NCBI GenBank assembly: GCA_964016885.1
Contig: OZ024742.1
Coordinates: 103,540,001-103,604,000 of the forward strand
Length of the DNA: 64,000 nt
Source of the DNA: Eledone cirrhosa
Lineage: Eukaryota
Reading direction: 5' to 3'
Position numbers and translations under genes: made by a program. Shown piece after piece: positions 1-9,226 of the stretch. The notes under the pieces were generated by a model. It searched no databases. It was not told where the DNA came from and was given only the letters and a program-made list of their open reading frames with translations. The stretch's first letter is position 1. Every line of letters begins with the position of its first letter.

Positions 1-225
1 AAGCGCAAGCAAAGCATGATGTACAGAGTATAGTGTCACATTCACATGTGTCTGCGCACACGTTGAGTCCAAGGTCTTAATAGACGGGCGAGCCAATCAA
101 TATGAAGACTGTGTGTGATTGGCCGATGAGTGGCCAATAAGTGGCTGGAACGTGTTACGCATAATGAAAGAAAGGGAATGAATATGGATAGGTGAGAATA
201 GGAGAGAAGCATTAATGTAGACACA
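1..225 (-). repeat. 3' LTR, truncated by the window edge
   Basis: Matches 2980-3204 except for 2 adjacent substitutions (gact vs gaga). Confidence 0.95.
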
Positions 226-245
226 ACCTTTTCTCCCCTCTTTTT
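226..245 (-). promoter_or_regulatory. Polypurine tract of the LTR element
   Basis: Minus strand AAAAAGAGGGGAGAAAAGGT directly precedes the TG that starts the 3' LTR. Confidence 0.85.
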
Positions 246-468
246 AAAGCTTTAAGCTTGAAAAAAACTGGCGACTATTGTAGATTCATCCATTTTCTAG
301 TCGGTATGTGTGAGGACCAATGCAGTCGACTATTTTGAGTGGTGGTGATAATTTTGGTCTTCCTTTTACTGCACTACTCTCTCTTACTCGCACATTTTGA
401 CCAACTTTCATAGATTTTGTCTTTTTTTGCTATAAGATGCTTGGTATCAAGACAATTTTGCTTTAGCC

Positions 469-1777
469 TTAATATCCGACAACTGAGCACATGGTAGCAT
501 CTAAGGCGGTAGCGCTTAATTTAGCGCACAAGGGTCGACCTAAGAACAGTTCTGCCGGTCTCACTTCGGTCGTACTGCGGGGCGTCGATCGTAGTGTCTG
601 CAGCGCCTTCGATAATATGTCATCCCATGTCAGGTTGTAGTGTTTGAATAGTTTCTTTAAGTGTTTTATTGCATCTTTCCACCAACCCGTTTGCTTGAGG
701 ATTATAAGGGGCAGATTTGGAGTGCTTAATCCCATTTTCCTTGAGGAAGGTTTCGAACAATCCACTGCGGAATTGGAGACCATTGTCCAACACGAGATCT
801 TCCGGCAGGCCAAAACGCACAAACACAGAAGATAACCAAGTGATTATATGGACAGCTGCAGCTTGTCCACATGCACAGACTTTGCACCACCGACTGTAGT
901 AACAGATCAGTACAACAAGGTAAGCTTTGTTTTTTGGTGCTGTTGCGAAGGGGCCCATGATGTCAATTGCCACTTTGGCCCATGGTTTTAAAGGATACTG
1001 AATGGGTTGAATTGTGGCGGATAATGGCTTTGACAATTTGTCAGACTGGATGCATGCCTGGCATGAACGGAGAAACGATTCAATCTGTGAATTACAATTA
1101 GGCCACCAGTACCATTGATGCAGCCGTTGTTTCGTTCGTACAATACCAGGATGAGCTGAATGTGCAAGAACCATAACTCGTCTTTGTAAACTGGTAGGAA
1201 CGACCAAGATGCTTCCGCGAAACATGCTCTGCTGTACTATGGACAGCTCAGAGTGGACTTGGAAATATGACCAAAGAGTGTGGTCAACGCATCGACATGG
1301 AGGCCATCCCTCCATAATAAACTTTTCAGAATGGCATCGTTTTCCAACTCTAGAGCAAATTCAGATAGCGGAAGGGCATTTTCCTCTTGAGGCGCAAGGC
1401 TGGCTATAATTTTGTTATCTTCGTTCAGTTCTATGGCTGGTAAGTGCGGGAATCAAGACAACGGATCAGTGACTTGATTGTTCATTCTGGATCTATATTC
1501 AATGCGGAAATCGTAAGTTAAAAGGCGGGCATACCAACATGAAATTCTTAAGGGTCAATGACCCTTTCCGCCGGTACTCAACAGGGTTCTCAATGATGAA
1601 TGGTTGGTGCGGAGTACAAAACGACGCCCAAAGAGATAGTAATGCCATTTTTTGCATGCCCAAATGCATGCGAGCACTTCTTTTTCGCCTATGGAGTATT
1701 TTTGTTCCGTTGTCGACAAAGATCTAGATGCATACGTGACAACTCGTTCGAAACCGTTTTGAATTTGTGATAAGATG
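469..1777 (-). pseudogene. Frameshifted RNase H-integrase part of Gypsy pol
   Basis: ORFs 1555-1836, 620-1315 and 469-822 give consecutive RNase H, integrase zinc-binding, DDE core and post-core (LRSTPRSTT..PAELFLGR) segments in different frames. Confidence 0.9.
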
Positions 1778-1779
1778 GA

Positions 1780-2116
1780 GGCACATGGCTTAGTGGTTAG
1801 AGCATTGGCCTTGCGATCGAAAGGTTGCGAGTTCAATTCTCAGACCGGGTGATGTGTTGTTTCCTTGAGCAAGACACTTTATTTCACATTGCTCCAGTTT
1901 ACTCAGCTGAAGAAATGTGATGATAGGGACTGGAGTCCCTATCATTCCACTGCAAAGTGGTCGTGGAGGTGCCACGGCAAAAAAGTACCCAGCACTCACT
2001 GTAAATGAGGTTGGTGTTAGGAAGGACATCCAGCTGTAGAAATCAAACCAGAATCAGTTCCCATCCCATCCTTGCAAGTAGGGAAAAGCGGACGTAAAAG
2101 GATGATGATGATGATG
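1780..2116 (+). mobile_element. tRNA-derived SINE (family A) inserted in the Gypsy RNase H
   Basis: A box TGGCTTAGTGG, B box GAGTTCAATTC, (GAT)n tail. It splits the RNase H motif GIGLGG/ILSQ, with GATG on both sides. Close copy at 39325-39668. Confidence 0.92.
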
Positions 2117-2154
2117 CCACCAAGACCAATGCCAGATTCATCTATCTGTAGATA

Positions 2155-2825
2155 CTATCGGAAAGTCGCCTTATGACCAGGATTCCCACAGCGGAAACAT
2201 TTGCTGTTGGATTGCATTGAAATTTTACTTTGCTCTAGAGCAACCTTATCAATGTTATGCTGTTCTTCTTGTTTGAAAGCCTTTACTTGAGACTTAATTC
2301 TTTCTTTGCAGCGAACTATATTACAGGCTTTGTCGAAAGACAAGGTGTGCAAATCCTCGTTTAAAAGCGCCTCTCGTGTACTATCGCTTTCAATGCAGGA
2401 GATTAGTTGCTGCATTAACATAGCGTCTTTAATTTTGGACTTATACTTTTGTATTCACATTCGGTAACTTTTTTGCGCAGCTTTAAGATAAAACTATCAG
2501 CCGACTCACCGCGGTCCTGCTGAAGGCGACTGAATTGATGCCTCGCAAAGAAAATATTTTGTGTTGACCCCCACAGGCGATCGAGTTTGTAAATAGCTGC
2601 GTCCACATTCTTGAAATCGTGGCAGTCGAACTCCTGGCGACCAGCTTCACCAAGATAATGACGCATTAAGGCTAATTTGGAGTCGTCTGTCAGCGCAATT
2701 GATGGGTTGAACACCGGAAGAAGGCTGACGTAGTTGAACAATTCCTTTTTCCACGATGTCCATTTTTGCGTGGTTGGTCGGGCGAATTCATCAACCCAGA
2801 AGTAATCCAAGTGGGGTTGATTCAT
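2155..2825 (-). pseudogene. Gypsy gag, frameshifted
   Basis: ORFs 2415-2825 (ARHQFSRLQQDRGESADSFILKLR) and 2155-2421 (zinc knuckle CFRCGNPGH). Confidence 0.88.
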
Positions 2826-2873
2826 AGTGATTTTTCAGAAAATGATCCGATTTGCGAAAAAACATAGCAGGTG

Positions 2874-2887
2874 ACTTCGCGACACCA
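2874..2887 (-). promoter_or_regulatory. Primer binding site, possibly tRNA-Leu
   Basis: TGGTGTCGCGAAGT lies 2 nt downstream of the 5' LTR CA. It resembles the Leu-type PBS TGGTGTCAGAAGT (from memory, not verified). Confidence 0.7.
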
Positions 2888-2889
2888 AT

Positions 2890-3204
2890 TGTGTATGGGT
2901 TCCCAAGTAAGAACAAGTGTAAAGAGGCTAAGAAGTTGTTTTAAACAACGTAAGTATAACTGTATGCAGGATGGCACGGAAGCGCAAGCAAAGCATGATG
3001 TACAGAGTATAGTGTCACATTCACATGTGTCTGCGCACACGTTGAGTCCAAGGTCTTAATAGACGGGCGAGCCAATCAATATGAAGAGAGTGTGTGATTG
3101 GCCGATGAGTGGCCAATAAGTGGCTGGAACGTGTTACGCATAATGAAAGAAAGGGAATGAATATGGATAGGTGAGAATAGGAGAGAAGCATTAATGTAGA
3201 CACA
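2890..3204 (-). repeat. 5' LTR (315 bp)
   Basis: TG...CA boundaries, adjacent PBS, direct repeat of 1-225. Confidence 0.95.
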
Positions 3205-5482
3205 ACAACAATGAAATTTTTTAAGGAGCCAGAAAAGATACCGTCATGGCTAGTTAATGGCATTACTTTCTTACTCCCGAAGAATGATGAGACAAATAAT
3301 CCAAAAAATTGCAGACTGATAACTTGCTTGACCACAATGTATAAAATCTTAACATCAATCCTAACTGAATATACATATGATCACCTGAAAGCAAATGATC
3401 TATTTCCCAATGAGCAGAGAGGATGCAAACGAGGCTCATATGGCTGTAAGGATCAGCTTTTGATTAACAAAATGATACTGGAAGATTGTCATAATAGACA
3501 CAAAAATCTATCAATTGCTTGGATAGATTACAAAAAAGCATTTGATAGTTTGCAACATAGTTGGATTGAAAAGTGTTTAGAGATTTTCAAAATATCTCCC
3601 GCTGTCAGGAGGTACCTGTCATTCAGTATCAAAGCATGGAAAACATTACTCATTTTCAACAGTGAAAAGAAATCACTGGAAACTGGAGAAGTTGATATTA
3701 ATTGTGGAATTTTTCAGGGTGACTCTTTATCACTGCTTTTATTCTGCATCACACTTATACCATTAAGTAAAATGCTCAATGAAACAAAACATGGATATAA
3801 AGTCTATAACAAAACCTTTAATCACTTGTTCTACATGGATGACCTGAAGCTATTTGCAAAAAATGATGAGCAATTGAAAGGGATATTATCCACTGTGAAG
3901 CAGTTCAGTGATGATTTTAAAATGGAGTTTGGACTAGATAAATGTGCCAAGGCCACATTCATCAGAGGAAAGCTGCTGAAAAGTTCAGACATTCATGTTG
4001 ATCAGGGGAATGTGATAAGAGAGCTTGATCAAGAAGAAACTTATAAATATCTAGGTGTTTGTGAAGGAGACGGAATGAAGCACTTGAAAATGAGGGAAAG
4101 GATAAGGAAGGAATGTTACCATTGAGTAAAAGCAATTTTAAGAACGGAGTTGAATGCAAGGAACAGGATTGATGCCATAAACACACTTACAGTCATCAAC
4201 TGGTCAAACACAGAGATCCGTAAACTCGATACGAAAATTAGAAAATTCTTAACCATGCAGAGAATGCATCACCCTAAGGCAGATGTAGATAGAATATATC
4301 TCCCTAGAAGGAGGATGTGGATTAACCCAGTTAGATATTTCTTTGAAAACTGCAACGATTGGATTATCTACATATCTAAAGGAATCACATGATTAAATGA
4401 TCAAACTCGTTTTGAAACATGAAAGCACCAAAAGATCATACTCCATTACAAAAGACGCACATAATGAACTACAAATTTCAGAAGTTCCCTTTACTGCTGA
4501 AATGAAAAACACAGAAAAAGCAAAGCAGGTAAAAAAGTAACTGCAAAGAAAGAACTGCAAAGAAACTGGCTAAGAAATGACAAGAAAAGCCTCTGTATGG
4601 AAAATACCCAGAAAGAGCTAACAATGCTGATGTTGACAAAACTTTAACCTATCAGTGGTTGGCATCCTCTGGACTGAAATCGGAGACTGAAGGACTGATT
4701 ATATCAGCACAAGATCAGTGTCTGCCAACAAAAATTATCAAGCCAACATCATAAAAAATGGATGCAACCCATTATGCCATGTATGTAAAAAACAACCAGA
4801 GACCATTGATCATATAATTTCAATGTGGGTCCTATAGCTCCAACCGAATACCTAAACAGACATGACAGAGCTGCACAATACATACATTGGGTAATGCATA
4901 AGCATTTTGACCTGCCCCATCAAAAGAATTGGTGGGAGCATCAACCACCTCCCGTACTTGAAAAAGGTCACATCTCAATCTTGTGGAACTTTAGCATCCA
5001 AACAGACCGAAAAATAGATGCAAATAGACCTGATATAATACTGAAGGACTTTAAAAAGAAGGTATGCCTGCTAATTGATATGTCCGTTCCAAAAGACAAA
5101 AATGTATCTATGAAAACATTTGAAAAATTGAGCAAGTATAAAAACCTAGAGATAGAGATTCGAAAAATGTGGAAGTTGAGAACTAAAACAATACCAGTGG
5201 TTGTAGGTGCTCTAGGCATGATACCTAAGGGGTCTAATGATTACTTATCCCAGGAAATCCACATATAGAAGAAATACAAAAGATAGTACTAATGGGATCT
5301 GCCCATATACTAAGTAAGATTCTATCAATATAAATACATCACAAGATAAAGATATGTGTGTGTATATGTGTTCTTTCTTGAACATGGCTGGCCTTGTTGT
5401 CTCTTGAGGTCACTGGTTGTGACTTGGTGATAACTTGTTTGAACATAAAGGAAGATAAATGAAAAAAATAATAATAATAATG

Positions 5483-5511
<29 letters not shown>
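3205..5511 (+). mobile_element. Decayed R4/Dong-type RLE LINE (same family as 11554-15615), interrupted on the left by the LTR element
   Basis: RT motifs (IDYKKAFDS, GIFQGDSLS, FYMDDLK) and RLE motif RPDIILKD with stops, frameshifts and deletions. Collinear with about 13280-15600. Ends in (AAT)n. Confidence 0.93.
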
Positions 5512-5513
<2 letters not shown>

Positions 5514-5771
5514 TTTCTTTATTAACCACAAGGGTTTACATAAAGTAGACATTAAGGACAGTGCAGGACAATGCAGGACGGTACAAATGGGCATTTCTGC
5601 GTGTAAAAAAACAAAAACAGGATGTAACAAAAATAACAATGAAAATAACAATGAAAAATTCCCCAATAGGAGGAAGACTTCGGAGGGACATTTGTGGAGA
5701 AAGCCCAGTAAAAAGCCACAATGACCCTGACCACCAAGGCAAGTGCCCTCTCCCAGTTTTCCACCTTTAAT

Positions 5772-8700
5772 TTACAGATATATGCTCAGAGTAGGCCCAT
5801 TCACTCGGGCCATTCTTGCTTCTCTCACCCATCTTTCAACAAAATGCTGGGAAGAGAGCACTTCCCTCTCTACTCTGATTTTCCTTTTCAAATGAAATTT
5901 GAAAAAGTCAATCAGAGCATCACCGAAGAGGTAATTGCTCGTCTTCAGCCCTTTCAAACGTGTCCACCATACTATCTCTTTCGCCATGGCCACCAGGCAG
6001 ATAAAAACTGCCTGCCCTTCCCGGCTAAAGGAGGAGGGCGGGGCAATCCTCACGATGGACTCAGATGATAGCCGGATCCGTCCTAAACGCGACAGCAGGT
6101 GTTCGACATAAACCCACAAGTCAGCAATTTTCGGACACTGGACGAGTGCGTGCAGGACGGTTTCGTCGCCCTGCGCGCATCTCGGACATGCCCGACTGAC
6201 GGCACCTCCATGCCTGTAGAGTTTATCCCGAACTGGCAAGGCTCCTCGGTAGCACTGCCAGGCCAGAGATTTCTGGAAGTTGTCCATAGGCCCTGGCCCG
6301 AAAGTTCTTCCGAAGAGATTGGCTAGTTGATTTTCGTCGACGCCTAGAGTTTCCCCAAGTACGTCGTCGCTCTTCCCCTCCACTAATCCTCTATAGAACG
6401 CCGAGGTGGAGTTTCCACCGATCACATTGCCCGATTGGTCGAGGGCTGTGAGCGCCTGAAGACATTCCAGTCTCCAGGCGCTCCCTCTCGGTCTTCGCTT
6501 GACCCAGGACTGCAGCTCCGTCAAGGAAACGAGCTGGGGAAACACGCGTCTAGCAAACGGCGACCACACCTGATCACCGTCGAGGAAGAGGTGGAGATGT
6601 CGTAGCCTGAGCGCGTGCCTGCGCATCATCAGCCACGGCATGCCCAGCCCTCCACGTAGCGGGTGTTGACAACAGATGGACCGCCTGACCATCGGAGCGC
6701 GTCCCTTCCACAAAAAGCGAAAGAGCAAACGCTCCAGCACAGTCAGGCGAGGCTTAGGGCAAGGTACGACGGTCAGGCGGTAGCAGATGACGGACGCGAT
6801 GTACGCGTTAGCCACCTCCGCTCGACCTTTCAGGGATAGCTTCCTCTCGGCCCATTTCTGGGTGAGAGAAGCCACCCTGCTCGTCACCTCGTCCCAGTTT
6901 TTGTCCGTCTGGAGGTCCGGACCGAACCAGACCCCTAGCAATTTAACCGGTCCGTCCGTCCAGCGTCCGACGACGCTGTTGGACGGCATGGACCTGCCTC
7001 TCCAGGTGCCGAGCTGCAGGCCCACTGACTTTTCCTGGTTGATCATTGCTCCTGTCACCGCTTCGTATTCTCTTAGTGTAGTGCCGATCGCCTCGATGTG
7101 TTTGGCGTTCGACACCACTACGGTGACATCGTCCGCATATGCTGATACGGATCTTCCGCATCCTAGTTCGCGCGGGACCCCCCTCAACGTCTCCAGTTTG
7201 TGCAGTAATGGCTCGAGAGTCAATACGTACAAGAGGGACGAGAGGGGACATCCTTGGCGGACCGAGCGCATGATGTTGAACGGTTCCGACAGGTGACCGT
7301 TCACTCTCACCACAGAGCAGATGTCGCTGTGCATGGCAGCGATCCAGCCTCTGAAGACGGGCCCAAAGCCAGCCGCCCTCAGGACTGCCGCTAGGTAACG
7401 ATGGTCGACCCTATCGAAAGCTTTCGACTGATCTAAATTGATCAAGGACCCACCCGTGCCAGGTTCCCTAGCTACCCTCTCTACGATGTATCGCATGAGG
7501 TGGAGGTTGTCGTGGATGGATCTGTCGGGAATGGCGCATGTCTGCGCCTCTCCCACCAGACCACCAACGACAAGCGCCAACCTCTTTGCTAGCACCTTGG
7601 CCAAAATCTTAAACTCTGTGTTTAGCAGAGTTATGGGCCGGAAATTTTCTATGTTATCCCCCTTGTTCGGATCCTTTCTCAGCAGTGCCACCGCTCCTCG
7701 GCTCACAGAACTGGGAATTCTCCCGTTCTGTTGCCAGTTGCAGTAGACGTCCGCCAAGAGGCCTCCGAACAAGTCTGGCATCTGTACGTAAAGTTCATAG
7801 GGCAGACCATCCAAACCAGGCGATTTACCCCTTGTGCAGCCAGTCATTGCCTCCCTTACTTCAGCGGCTGTTATCGGCTTTTCGCAACACTTGGCCTCAG
7901 TGGCCGAGAGCCGCGGCAGTCCGTCGAGGTAGACACTAAAGTCCATCCCTCTACCCGGCCCACCGCTGCCCCCGAACAGCTGAGCGAAGTGTCGCTGAAA
8001 AGCTTCACACATTTGCCCGGGATCGAGTAGCATGCGCCCGTCGTGGTCCACCAGAGACCGGATCGTGGCTTTGTTGCCACGACGCGCCTCCGCCACTCGG
8101 GCCCATTGAACGGCTTTCGTCCCCTCGTGTCTGAGAGCACGCACCCTAGCTCTGACAACGCAGCCTTCGTGCTTTGCATTGAAGAATTGGTCAAGGGCCA
8201 ATTTCGCCGCAAGCACGTCGGTCGCAATGCCTTTGCTAAGCGCCTCGTCTAATTTTCTAACTAGTTCTCCCTCTGCTCTATTTTTCTCTATTGCTAAAGC
8301 CTTACTAAACCTAATCGATTCTATTCTAATCGCTCTTTTCAGAGCAAACCACCACTTGTTGTTGACGATGGCCCCCGTCAACGCCCGCTTAACTAGTTCG
8401 CTAATCCGGTCTCTGTAGGCCTTGCGCGCTGGTAAGGACGCGTTTAGCTTCCAGTAGCCGGGTCCTCGTCTATGAAGCCTATCTAAGTCAAGCACACAGA
8501 TCACGAATTTGTGGTCCGTGTAGCTGACTATCTTGAATTGTGGACAGCCTATGCTAGACCTATCTATTTCCCTACAAAATACTCTATCTAGATATGATCT
8601 GGATGACCCTATGCGGTTTGTCCAAGTCCACATTGGCACATTCGGGAAATCCAATCGGTACCTGTCAGACAGTTCAAAACGCCTGAGCAGGTTGGTGAGG

Positions 8701-9191
8701 CTCTTGCACCCTCCACCCCTATCCGCTAATCCCACACAGTCCCAGCGTGCATCTAAGATCCCGTTCCAGTCGCCCACTAACACTAAAGAGCGGGACGTTC
8801 CAAGAAAGGTCTCCAGACGCCGGAAGAAATCAGGCCGCCCTGCTCCTGTCGGGGCATAGACGGCCACTAGCCTGAAAGCTTGCCCGTCTCCGCTGGTCAC
8901 GTCCAGCACCACCAGCTTACCCTCTGGGTCCAGGAAGATGGCCCGTATGGCGAGATCCAAACCTCTCCGAAAAAGCACAGCAACTCCTCCACCCGATCCA
9001 GGACGGCTGGGAGATGCGTACACATCGTAGCCGCCGAAGATCGGTGCGAAGGCCCGTGCTTCGGAGATTCTGGTCTCGCTGATGGCCACTACATCTATGT
9101 TTAGTGACCTGAGGTCGTTGAGCAGGTGACCCTGCTTCCACGACGACCCCAAGCCACGCGCATTTATACTGCCTATTCTGAGTGAGGTCAT
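5772..9191 (-). CDS. ORF2: APE endonuclease + reverse transcriptase + C-terminal zinc finger (1139 aa)
   Basis: NARGL, ISETR, VYAP, GDWN, TDH, GYWKLN, KSPGLDG, LDQSKAFDRV, RQGCPLS, YADD, CPRC..ETVLHALVQC. Confidence 0.96.
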   Translation of the reverse strand: MTSLRIGSINARGLGSSWKQGHLLNDLRSLNIDVVAISETRISEARAFAPIFGGYDVYASPSRPGSGGGVAVLFRRGLDLAIRAIFLDPEGKLVVLDVTSGDGQAFRLVAVYAPTGAGRPDFFRRLETFLGTSRSLVLVGDWNGILDARWDCVGLADRGGGCKSLTNLLRRFELSDRYRLDFPNVPMWTWTNRIGSSRSYLDRVFCREIDRSSIGCPQFKIVSYTDHKFVICVLDLDRLHRRGPGYWKLNASLPARKAYRDRISELVKRALTGAIVNNKWWFALKRAIRIESIRFSKALAIEKNRAEGELVRKLDEALSKGIATDVLAAKLALDQFFNAKHEGCVVRARVRALRHEGTKAVQWARVAEARRGNKATIRSLVDHDGRMLLDPGQMCEAFQRHFAQLFGGSGGPGRGMDFSVYLDGLPRLSATEAKCCEKPITAAEVREAMTGCTRGKSPGLDGLPYELYVQMPDLFGGLLADVYCNWQQNGRIPSSVSRGAVALLRKDPNKGDNIENFRPITLLNTEFKILAKVLAKRLALVVGGLVGEAQTCAIPDRSIHDNLHLMRYIVERVAREPGTGGSLINLDQSKAFDRVDHRYLAAVLRAAGFGPVFRGWIAAMHSDICSVVRVNGHLSEPFNIMRSVRQGCPLSSLLYVLTLEPLLHKLETLRGVPRELGCGRSVSAYADDVTVVVSNAKHIEAIGTTLREYEAVTGAMINQEKSVGLQLGTWRGRSMPSNSVVGRWTDGPVKLLGVWFGPDLQTDKNWDEVTSRVASLTQKWAERKLSLKGRAEVANAYIASVICYRLTVVPCPKPRLTVLERLLFRFLWKGRAPMVRRSICCQHPLRGGLGMPWLMMRRHALRLRHLHLFLDGDQVWSPFARRVFPQLVSLTELQSWVKRRPRGSAWRLECLQALTALDQSGNVIGGNSTSAFYRGLVEGKSDDVLGETLGVDENQLANLFGRTFGPGPMDNFQKSLAWQCYRGALPVRDKLYRHGGAVSRACPRCAQGDETVLHALVQCPKIADLWVYVEHLLSRLGRIRLSSESIVRIAPPSSFSREGQAVFICLVAMAKEIVWWTRLKGLKTSNYLFGDALIDFFKFHLKRKIRVEREVLSSQHFVERWVREARMARVNGPTLSIYL

Positions 9192-9226
9192 GTTTAAAAT
9201 AGAGTGGAAAAGATGGGAAAGACCAC

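Larger units (their letters stand above)
1..3204 (-). mobile_element. Ty3/Gypsy LTR retrotransposon, defective (gag, RNase H and integrase remnants; protease and RT absent), left end outside the window
   Basis: LTR copies at 2890-3204 and <1-225 with TG...CA ends. PBS-like TGGTGTCGCGAAGT follows the 5' LTR and a polypurine tract precedes the 3' LTR. Gag zinc knuckle CFRCGNPGH, RNase H YASRSL...EKE, integrase HHCC (HSAHPG...CQAC) and D-D-E (AIDIMGP/LDNGLQF/NGLVER). Confidence 0.95.

Noticed and set aside
1780-1852. tRNA gene
   Set aside because: The A/B boxes are the head of a multi-copy SINE with a body and (GAT)n tail.
6099-9141. Many short antisense or alternative-frame ORFs within Tx1 ORF2
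   Set aside because: Expected shadow ORFs in GC-rich coding DNA, with no recognisable motifs.
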